Shown here: positions 1-5,172 of the stretch, piece by piece | Numbering within the stretch: position 1 is the stretch's first letter | How the letters are laid out: each line of letters opens with the position of its first letter | Origin: a virus | Lineage: Duplodnaviria; Heunggongvirae; Uroviricota; Caudoviricetes | Length of the DNA stretch: 5,172 nt | Reading direction: 5' to 3' (one strand) | Virus record (IMG/VR): IMGVR_UViG_3300001919_000214 | The notes under the pieces: generated by a model | Seen by the model: the letters and a program-made list of their open reading frames with translations, nothing else | Told to the model about the DNA's origin: nothing | The model's database searches: none | Position numbers and translations under genes: made by a program

Positions 1-933
1 GAATCCTGCCGGGATCTGGCTGTAGTCCACGTTGTCGTAACTGGCTTTGAAGTACGGGTCTTCACGTTTTTCTGTGTGCGTGCTGACGGACGGCGATAAG
101 CGCAGGGAAAGCTCATCCCATTTTTCCCGCAACTTCGACGGGCTGAGCACGTTACGGCACCAGAACGGATCACGGCTGACGCGGCTGTACATCTCGCAGA
201 TTTGTTTGTGAGTACGACCATCCTGCACACACATCAGGCGAATTTCGTTTGCCCAGGCTGTCCAGTTCGGTTCTTTGGGACGAACCACCTTGCCGTCACA
301 TTCGGCGGCTTGCTCGTACAGGGCGATGATTTTTTTCCAGAGCCACTGTGCGCAGGTCAAATCATCCTGCGTTCCCCACTGGCGCTTTTTAGGGCTGAAT
401 ACAACCGCATCAGGATGGCGAGTTAAAAAATACTGTTCAGCCGTCTGCGTGTCCGGTTGCGAAGCGTCCGGACGAGAAGGTTTTTTATCTGACGGATCAT
501 GTTTTGATTTTACTGACGGATCCCCGCCAGATTCTGACGGGTGAAAACCCGCTTTTTTGCCAGATTTCGACGCATCAAATTTTGACGGGTCAGATTTTGA
601 TGCGTCAGATTTTGACGGGTCAGAATCTGACAGTTGAGAAAATGCCGCTGCCTGAAGCTTCGCAACGTTAAGCTGATAAACATTCGACGCATTGCGGTTA
701 CCCTGGCGACGCGCCTTACGCGTTAACCAGCCTTCTGCTTCCAGCCGTGCGATAGCCGTTCTGACGGTACTCATCCCCGCGCCAATCTGACGGGCAATGG
801 TTTCAATTGATGGCCAGCACACACCTTCGTCATTACTGAAATCAGCCAGGCGGGCCATAATTGCCACGCTGGATAATTTCATGCCTGACGCAGCGCAACC
901 ATCCCATACATAGCCGGTTAATTTAGTGCTCAT
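1..933 (-). CDS. Phage replication initiation protein, lambda O-like; 5' part of the gene (311 codons), the 3' end lies beyond the window start
   Basis: Minus-strand frame open from ATG at 933-931 to position 1, checked codon by codon at the start and through 541-633. SD-like TAGAGG lies 6 nt upstream of the ATG. N-terminus (MSTKLTGYVWDGCAASGMKLSSVAIMARLADFSNDEGVCWPSIETIARQIGAGMSTVRTAIARLEAEGWL) looks like a winged-HTH initiator domain, followed by a Ser/Asp/Lys/Pro-rich repeat linker (SDSDPSKSDASKSDPSKFDASKSGKK) and a distinct C-terminal domain. Not in the ORF track because there is no in-window stop. Confidence 0.75.
   Translation of the reverse strand, partial: MSTKLTGYVWDGCAASGMKLSSVAIMARLADFSNDEGVCWPSIETIARQIGAGMSTVRTAIARLEAEGWLTRKARRQGNRNASNVYQLNVAKLQAAAFSQLSDSDPSKSDASKSDPSKFDASKSGKKAGFHPSESGGDPSVKSKHDPSDKKPSRPDASQPDTQTAEQYFLTRHPDAVVFSPKKRQWGTQDDLTCAQWLWKKIIALYEQAAECDGKVVRPKEPNWTAWANEIRLMCVQDGRTHKQICEMYSRVSRDPFWCRNVLSPSKLREKWDELSLRLSPSVSTHTEKREDPYFKASYDNVDYSQIPAGF
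485..642. repeat. Iteron-like tandem repeat array (about 15-bp period, TGACGGGTCAGATTT-like units) inside the initiator gene; putative origin of replication
   Basis: Consecutive 15-bp units at 553-567, 568-582, 583-597, 598-612, 613-627 and 628-642, plus TGACGG motifs at 490-495, 514-519 and 535-540. The same repeats encode the pentapeptide linker of the initiator, as lambda ori does within O. Confidence 0.55.
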
Positions 934-942
934 GACCGACCT

Positions 943-1281
943 CTATTTCCCTGAATTTACGACGAAACTGTTCGAGCGGGCTGAAGCACTCATGCTCATA
1001 GCCTTCACGGAGGTAGATAACCCGTTGTGTTTCCGGCTCCCAACGAATGACTCTGACGGGCACTCCGTAGTGATCTTTGAACCAGCGGTTAACTTGTCGC
1101 AAAGGACTGTCTCCTTCTGCCGGTTGAAATCACCCACAGCCCACTCTGCAAAGCTGTGGGTTACAATTTCCCTGTCACCTGGTACATTCACTGCATAGCA
1201 ATACTCCACCTTCGCTTTTCCACCCGGTACAGGAAGTGCAATCAGTTGCGAACGACGGTAGTGTGTTGTTAAACTGTTCAT
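943..1281 (-). CDS. Hypothetical small protein (112 aa), third gene of the cro operon; possibly YmfM-like (e14 prophage) by position and length only
   Basis: ORF with ATG at 1281 overlapping the upstream stop as ATGA (1278-1281); GGAG lies 10 nt upstream. Stop at 943-945 sits 9 nt before the initiator ATG. No recognisable motif in the translation. Confidence 0.55.
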   Translation of the reverse strand: MNSLTTHYRRSQLIALPVPGGKAKVEYCYAVNVPGDREIVTHSFAEWAVGDFNRQKETVLCDKLTAGSKITTECPSESFVGSRKHNGLSTSVKAMSMSASARSNSFVVNSGK

Positions 1282-1940
1282 GCGTTAGTTTCTCCACAAC
1301 CAGAAGCAATCGACGCCACGACGCCCGGAGCTGCACACTCGCGGGCGTTACTCTTTTCCGGCGCACAAAAAACACGAAATAACAGTGTTAAATGCTCCTG
1401 CCACTTCGCCATTACCTGGTAGCTGTTCTCTTCGATTTGCTCACGCTCAGCTTGGTCAATAACTCCATCAGCAGTTGCCTTGCGTAAGTACTGAGAATGC
1501 TTGCCAATCCATTCTATTGACTCCATCAGCCGCTGATTAATGTCACCATTGTCAATGTCATCAATGACCACCAGCGGCACAAACACCCCATTACTACGAC
1601 GGGCTATTGCATCTGTTACATGCCTGGTACCACTGGCATCCTGTAAAACCATGGCCCACTCAAGTGGAAAAATTTGATCCCCACCGCTACGCAGTCTGTT
1701 ATGCAATTGATCTTTTGCTGGGGTGATATCATCAGATTTATACAAACCAAGAATTTCTGCTGCTTCCTCATAGCCATGAGGTAAATCAGCAATCGTTCTT
1801 CGTATTGCTGCCACCAGCCATGCTGGTTGTTTATCAACTTTCCATTCAGGTTCTTTACCCACGGTTAATTCCTCATTTCTGTGGTTACGTTTACGCAGCT
1901 GAACCGCTAACTTTTGAATAGCACTCAGGTAATCCATCAT
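1278..1940 (-). CDS. Hypothetical regulatory protein in the CII/YdaT/YmfL position downstream of cro (221 aa from ATG 1940)
   Basis: Long minus-strand ORF with stop at 1278-1280. Start is ambiguous: ATG at 1973 (83-bp overlap with cro), ATG-ATG at 1940/1937 (47-bp overlap, no SD), or GTG at 1862 with GAGGAA 8 nt upstream (194 aa, no overlap). Functional call rests on synteny alone. Confidence 0.55.
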   Translation of the reverse strand: MMDYLSAIQKLAVQLRKRNHRNEELTVGKEPEWKVDKQPAWLVAAIRRTIADLPHGYEEAAEILGLYKSDDITPAKDQLHNRLRSGGDQIFPLEWAMVLQDASGTRHVTDAIARRSNGVFVPLVVIDDIDNGDINQRLMESIEWIGKHSQYLRKATADGVIDQAEREQIEENSYQVMAKWQEHLTLLFRVFCAPEKSNARECAAPGVVASIASGCGETNA

Positions 1941-2154
1941 TTGGATTGGGGTAAATATCAGGACGCAGTTCATGAGGGGTCACGGACCAGTTTCCCAACT
2001 CACAAAGTTGTAAAACCCGTTCTGACGGGACTTGATTGTTAATTACCCAATTAGCGACGGATTGAGTGGACTTAAAACCAAAGCGACGGGCTACTTCAGA
2101 TAAAGATTTTCCCGCAGCCTTTACTGCTTTCTCTGTGTAGTTTTGAGATGACAT
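1891..2154 (-). CDS. cro: Cro-like HTH regulator (YdaS/Cro family), 87 aa
   Basis: ATG at 2154 with AGGAG 6 nt upstream. Translation contains SLSEVARRFGFKSTQSVANWVINNQVPSERVLQLCELGNWSVTPHELRPDIYP, the pattern I associate with YdaS-type Cro proteins. Divergent from the CI-like gene. Confidence 0.8.
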   Translation of the reverse strand: MSSQNYTEKAVKAAGKSLSEVARRFGFKSTQSVANWVINNQVPSERVLQLCELGNWSVTPHELRPDIYPNPNDGLPECYSKVSGSAA

Positions 2155-2306
2155 ACCTTTCTCCTCTGAAATTCAGAGGGATGATGCTACTTAAAATAGC
2201 AANNNNNNNNNNNNNNNNNNNNNNNNNNNNNNNNNNNNNNNNNNNNNNNNTGCAACTACTTAAAATAGAAATGACTAGTGTATGTGATGTGAGTAATCTT
2301 CTACCT
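2155..2306. promoter_or_regulatory. Divergent cI/cro switch region with candidate operators; 48 nt masked by N
   Basis: 17-bp perfect palindrome CCTCTGAA-A-TTCAGAGG at 2163-2179, adjacent to the cro SD. 13-bp direct repeat CTACTTAAAATAG at 2187-2199 and 2256-2268 flanks the N-run. Promoter hexamers cannot be read because of masking. Confidence 0.5.
2203..2250. other. Run of 48 N (masked or unsequenced) in the cI/cro intergenic region
   Basis: Directly visible. Confidence 1.
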
Positions 2307-3011
2307 ATGGTAGAAGAACAGAAGTATCCAGATTTCGCCAAGAGACTAAACGAGCTAATGACAAACAAGGGAATTTCTGTCACCCAACTCAAAAGTCTTG
2401 TGGGCGTTACATATGAAATGGCGCGGCGATACACAATCGGCGCTGCGAAGCCTCGTGCCTCTGTCATGAATAAACTTGCATTGGCTCTGGGGGTATCAGC
2501 TTCATATTTAGAATATGGTGTTGGCGAGAGAGAAGGATGTAAGGAAATGGCAAGCATCCCCAATCCAACGAAACCCGATGTATACAGGATAGAAGTTTTG
2601 GATCTTAGCGTTAGCGCAGGACCTGGGACCTATATGCTTTCAGACTATGTTGATGTGCTCTACGCCATTGAGTTCACAACAGAACATGCCCGTTCTCTTT
2701 TCGGCAACCGTTCTCAGAATGATATTAAGGTTATGACTGTAAATGGCGATAGTATGTCCCCTACACTCGTTTCCGGAGACCGACTGTTTGTCGACATTTC
2801 TGTTCGTCACTTCCAGACTGATGGAGTTTACTCTTTCGTTTACGGTAAGACTTTTCATGTCAAACGTCTTCAAATGCAAGGTGACAAGCTAGCCGTTCTT
2901 TCGGATAACCCCGCCTATGAGAAATGGTACATCGATGAAAAATCGCAGGATCAGCTTTATGTAATGGGCAAGGCGTTGATTCACGAATCTATAAAATACA
3001 ACCGATTGTAA
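2307..3011 (+). CDS. cI: CI-type prophage repressor: N-terminal XRE-family HTH plus C-terminal LexA/S24 autopeptidase domain (234 aa)
   Basis: HTH region FAKRLNELMTNKGISVTQLKSLVGVTYEMARRY; probable Ala-Gly cleavage site in VSAGPG; catalytic Ser in GDSMSPTL and Lys in FHVKRLQ, arranged as in LexA, lambda CI and P22 C2. Stop TAA at 3009-3011. In-frame ATG at 2271 is an alternative start; neither has a strong SD. Confidence 0.9.
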   Translation: MVEEQKYPDFAKRLNELMTNKGISVTQLKSLVGVTYEMARRYTIGAAKPRASVMNKLALALGVSASYLEYGVGEREGCKEMASIPNPTKPDVYRIEVLDLSVSAGPGTYMLSDYVDVLYAIEFTTEHARSLFGNRSQNDIKVMTVNGDSMSPTLVSGDRLFVDISVRHFQTDGVYSFVYGKTFHVKRLQMQGDKLAVLSDNPAYEKWYIDEKSQDQLYVMGKALIHESIKYNRL

Positions 3012-3055
3012 AACTCAATCCTTTCAGGATTAAAAGATCTAAAAGGATAATAATA

Positions 3056-3454
3056 ATGAAATCTGAACTATTTCATAGCGAAGCAAATTCAGAAATTATC
3101 ACTGCAGATGAGTTTATTGATTTCATAAACTCTTTCAAAAAGCCTTTAATTTGCCAAATTTGCGGAAATCAATCATGGAGTGTAGTCGGTACTCTAGAAC
3201 TTGAAGTTGAAGACAATCAGCCAAAACATCACGTAATNNNNNNNNNNNNNNNNNNNNNNNNNNNNNNNNNNNNNNNNNNNNNNNNNNNNNNNNNNNNNNN
3301 NNNNNNNNNNNNNNNNNNNNTAAATTATCCTGGTGGTATGCCGCTGTTTCGAATCACCTGTGATCACTGTGCACATGTACTTCTTTTTTCTTATAAAAAA
3401 GCTAGATCATTGATCCAAAAAAGAAAAAATGAAAAAGAAGAGGATGGGAAATGA
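3056..3454 (+). CDS. Hypothetical small protein with two CxxC pairs (zinc-ribbon-like), 132 aa if continuous across the N-run
   Basis: ATG at 3056 with AGGA 8 nt upstream. CQICGN before the gap and CDHCAH after it lie in the same frame, supporting one protein. Basic C-terminal tail. Continuity across the 83 masked bases cannot be verified. AT-rich. Confidence 0.5.
   Translation: MKSELFHSEANSEIITADEFIDFINSFKKPLICQICGNQSWSVVGTLELEVEDNQPKHHVXXXXXXXXXXXXXXXXXXXXXXXXXXXXXNYPGGMPLFRITCDHCAHVLLFSYKKARSLIQKRKNEKEEDGK
3238..3320. other. Run of 83 N inside the putative zinc-ribbon gene
   Basis: Directly visible. Confidence 1.
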
Positions 3455-4083
3455 CGCGACCTTATCTCAGAGCAGTACCAAACTGTGGATCTGGTATTGA
3501 TAAGTGTGACCTTTACCCCAATGTTAAGAACAGGCTGCGCGTCGGTATAGAAGAAATGTATACTGATTTTATCGAATCCGCAGATGAAACTTACAAAACT
3601 GATGGGGGAAATAAAATGTCATCAGTTAGTCGAGAAGAAATTCAAGCACTTTTAGCTGCCAATAAAGCAGAAATGGAGTCCATTGCATCCTCTATTAGAG
3701 TTGAAATGGCTTTATCTCGCGAGAACACAAACGTTCAGCTAGCATCTCTAAATTCAGCCATCAATTCTATCTCTTCGAAAATCGAAGGCAAAATGGACAG
3801 TGTTGACGGGGATGTGAAGGCCATCAATGGTAGATTCGAAGGTATACAAGGCCAAATTACTGGAATAAATACAGCCATTAGTGGTATTCAATCTGGAATT
3901 TCTACCAGACTTGCTATTTTTGGAGTTATCATTGCGGTCATAGTTGCATTACCTAGCATAATTTCTGCTTTTAAAGATACTTCGCCAGTAGTTCAACCAG
4001 TTACACAACAATCAAGTGTTAAACATCTCAACCAAGAACCAATTACTCCACAAGTATTACCTCCGCAGGGAAAAGCAAACTAA
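3451..4083 (+). CDS. Hypothetical coiled-coil protein with a single C-terminal transmembrane helix (210 aa; alternative internal start at 3616 gives 155 aa)
   Basis: ATG at 3451 overlaps the upstream stop as ATGA, with GAGGA 6 nt upstream. Internal ATG at 3616 has GGGGGAA 5 nt upstream. Heptad-like Ile/Ser/Gly-rich segment, hydrophobic stretch LAIFGVIIAVIVALPSIISAF, then a Pro/Gln-rich tail. Architecture is reminiscent of XhlA-like or exclusion-type membrane proteins; this is low-confidence pattern matching. Confidence 0.65.
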   Translation: MTRPYLRAVPNCGSGIDKCDLYPNVKNRLRVGIEEMYTDFIESADETYKTDGGNKMSSVSREEIQALLAANKAEMESIASSIRVEMALSRENTNVQLASLNSAINSISSKIEGKMDSVDGDVKAINGRFEGIQGQITGINTAISGIQSGISTRLAIFGVIIAVIVALPSIISAFKDTSPVVQPVTQQSSVKHLNQEPITPQVLPPQGKAN

Positions 4084-4106
4084 ACCGGCTTTATGCCGGT
4101 TTTTTT
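4083..4106 (+). terminator. Rho-independent terminator closing the cI-linked operon
   Basis: Stem AACCGGC (4083-4089) pairs with GCCGGTT (4095-4101) around loop TTTAT; T-run continues to 4106, immediately after the stop at 4081-4083. Confidence 0.7.
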
Positions 4107-4198
4107 CTATACAAACGCCCCCCCTTTGTCTTGAATCACATCACAACACATTTAAAAAACATATTAAATTCAAAGCATTAAACGCATCAACGCATACC

Positions 4199-4251
4199 NN
4201 NNNNNNNNNNNNNNNNNNNNNNNNNNNNNNNNNNNNNNNNNNNNNNNNNNN
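4199..4251. other. Run of 53 N in the intergenic region after the terminator
   Basis: Directly visible. Confidence 1.
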
Positions 4252-4421
4252 ATTATCTACTTTTAGTTGTTGATTTTTGCTACTTTTGGTAGCAGAATTA
4301 TTTTAACGACAACGAACAGGCAGGACGCCCACGAAGTAGCCGCCTGGGGCATATGAAGTCCAGGATGATTCGTTGAGTCATGTTGTGCCACCAGGCACTC
4401 ATGTTAAAGCAGGTGTATGAA

Positions 4422-4697
4422 ATGAAAGTCCAGATTTTAAACAATAACTGTGAAGTCGTTTGGTCATACGACATAGCCGCCCCTGTAGATCAGAGCGGCG
4501 ATAGCTGGACCAATGGGAAACATCAGATTATGGCTGGAGTTGTGTTCTCTTTACGCCGTGCTTTGGAACAGGCTGAAGTATTTCCATCAGACCCTGAATG
4601 GAAATGGCCTTTTTCTATTTGTCCAAATTCGGAGAGCACATTTCAGAAAATTGGTCAGAAAGTCGCACTCGAAGAGCATCAGCCAACTGTTTCCTGA
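4422..4697 (+). CDS. Hypothetical protein (91 aa from ATG 4422; the ORF extends in frame to ATG 4380)
   Basis: AGGTG lies 6 nt upstream of ATG 4422. Codon pattern looks coding. No recognisable motif; not Arg-rich, so not an N-type antiterminator. Its last 83 bp overlap the convergent minus-strand ORF. Confidence 0.4.
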   Translation: MKVQILNNNCEVVWSYDIAAPVDQSGDSWTNGKHQIMAGVVFSLRRALEQAEVFPSDPEWKWPFSICPNSESTFQKIGQKVALEEHQPTVS

Positions 4698-4860
4698 TTT
4701 TTTCAGGTAACTCGTCGGCATCGCAGAAACAACAACGCTCGATCATGTTGAAAGCCGATTCGTAGAACTGTTTCCGCTGAGTGTCGCTGAGACAGGAAAA
4801 GAGCGACGTTACGATGATTTTATTAATTGCATTATCAAGTTCTTTTTCATCAAAAGTCAT
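4615..4860 (-). CDS. Hypothetical small acidic, Cys-containing protein (81 aa)
   Basis: ATG at 4860 with AGGA 7 nt upstream. Contains CCFC and a further Cys; no HTH seen. Overlaps the plus-strand ORF at its 3' end. Confidence 0.5.
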   Translation of the reverse strand: MTFDEKELDNAINKIIVTSLFSCLSDTQRKQFYESAFNMIERCCFCDADELPEKIRKQLADALRVRLSDQFSEMCSPNLDK

Positions 4861-5113
4861 TTGATTTTCCTTTTATGTATACGGGCTTAAAAGGATACCA
4901 CCGAGCCTGAAGTGGTGAAAAGACAGGCACATAACAGCTAAGTATTTTCAACCAGAGAGAATCCTTAGCGTTGTGGTGAATGCGGCTCAGCGCACGCGGG
5001 TTAAGGTTGAGGCTGACAGTCGACCTTCTGTGGATACCCACCCGTCTGGTGTGCAACCTTCGCCAGGCACCGGGAGGCACCCGGCACCACAACTTTATGC
5101 TGTGTGTAGTCCT
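4861..5113. other. GC-rich, hairpin-rich stretch with no credible ORF; candidate structured RNA or long structured leader
   Basis: The only ORF here (4850-5092, minus) gives an Arg-rich, low-complexity translation typical of noncoding GC-rich DNA. Several short inverted repeats are present (for example ACCAC/GTGGT around 4898-4917). Strand and function are undetermined. Confidence 0.3.
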
Positions 5114-5160
5114 GGCGGTACCAGTTTGTACACTTGCTTCCGGCTGGTACCGTCCTTTTT
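5114..5160 (+). terminator. Terminator-like hairpin with T-run on the plus strand
   Basis: 11-bp stem (5114-5124 with 5144-5154, one G-U pair), 19-nt loop, then TTTTT at 5156-5160. On the minus strand the same hairpin is preceded by A5, so it is not a minus-strand terminator. Confidence 0.55.
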
Positions 5161-5172
5161 ACAAAACAGAGA

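Noticed and set aside
202-692. ORF-track entries 202-426 (+), 275-544 (+) and 510-692 (-)
   Set aside because: All lie within the long initiator ORF, antisense or out of frame, and 510-692 is a low-complexity read of the iteron repeats. The initiator frame has SD, domain logic and length in its favour.
926-1198. 90-aa plus-strand ORF
   Set aside because: Antisense to the translationally coupled minus-strand genes and lacks a convincing SD.
1175-1837. Minus-strand ORFs 1175-1375 and 1616-1837
   Set aside because: Out-of-frame overlaps within the better-supported operon genes; Trp- and Cys-rich odd compositions.
2148-2306. N-terminal extension of the CI ORF back to 2148
   Set aside because: It would begin inside the cro start region and cross masked bases. 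The HTH alignment supports a start at 2307, or 2271 at most.
2096-2563. 155-aa minus-strand ORF spanning the N-run
   Set aside because: It reads through masked bases and lies antisense to the well-supported CI-like gene; the translation has no coherent domain. Artefact of N translation.
2640-2879. 79-aa minus-strand ORF
   Set aside because: Antisense within the CI peptidase domain region.
3017-3031. Small hairpin AATCCT-TTC-AGGATT just after the cI stop as a terminator
   Set aside because: Only a 6-bp AT-rich stem and no following T-run; the downstream genes appear co-transcribed. At most an mRNA structural element.
3194-3376. 60-aa minus-strand ORF across the N-run
   Set aside because: Mostly translated N; antisense to the zinc-ribbon ORF.
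4016-4273. 85-aa plus-strand ORF
   Set aside because: It runs through the terminator hairpin, an N-run and intergenic DNA; out of frame with the membrane-protein gene.
4380-4697. N-type antiterminator at the lambda N position
   Set aside because: No arginine-rich N-terminal motif; composition does not fit.
4513-4710. 65-aa plus-strand ORF
   Set aside because: Alternative frame inside the region covered by two better-supported ORFs; no SD.
4615-4860. Excisionase (Xis)
   Set aside because: Similar in size, but acidic and Cys-rich with no apparent winged-helix basic surface; orientation and context do not support it.
4850-5092. 80-aa minus-strand ORF
   Set aside because: Arg-rich, low-complexity translation typical of GC-rich noncoding DNA; no SD. 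The region is treated as noncoding.
4861-5172. tRNA or tmRNA marking a prophage attachment site
   Set aside because: No GTTCRANTC-type T-loop or acceptor-stem arrangement on either strand by eye. A tRNA scan would be needed to exclude it formally.
4861-5172. Retron msr-msd RNA
   Set aside because: No match to the one retron sequence I can recall (Ec86), no obvious a1/a2 repeats, and a terminator precedes where the reverse transcriptase would lie. This stays a hypothesis to test, not a call.
1-5172. CRISPR array, insertion sequence or transposase
   Set aside because: No spaced direct repeats of CRISPR type, no terminal inverted repeats and no transposase-like ORF. The only tandem repeats are the iterons inside the initiator gene.

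Overview
This window reads as the immunity and replication core of a lambdoid (e14-like) enterobacterial prophage, followed by an AT-rich accessory stretch. On the minus strand a leftward early operon runs Cro-like HTH protein, a 221-aa putative regulator, a 112-aa small protein and a replication initiator that continues past position 1; the initiator carries a 15-bp iteron-like repeat array in its linker, a probable origin. Divergent from cro on the plus strand is a CI-type repressor with a LexA/S24 autopeptidase domain, co-oriented with two unrecognised genes (a four-Cys zinc-ribbon-like protein and a coiled-coil, C-terminally membrane-anchored protein) ending at a clear intrinsic terminator. 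This repressor-linked pair in an AT-rich block is the best candidate for an undescribed exclusion or defence module. Further right are two convergent small ORFs with overlapping 3' ends and about 300 bp of GC-rich, ORF-free, hairpin-rich sequence ending in a terminator-like hairpin, which I cannot assign. Three runs of N (2203-2250, 3238-3320, 4199-4251) hide sequence at informative places. All homology statements are from reading the translations by eye; no searches were run.
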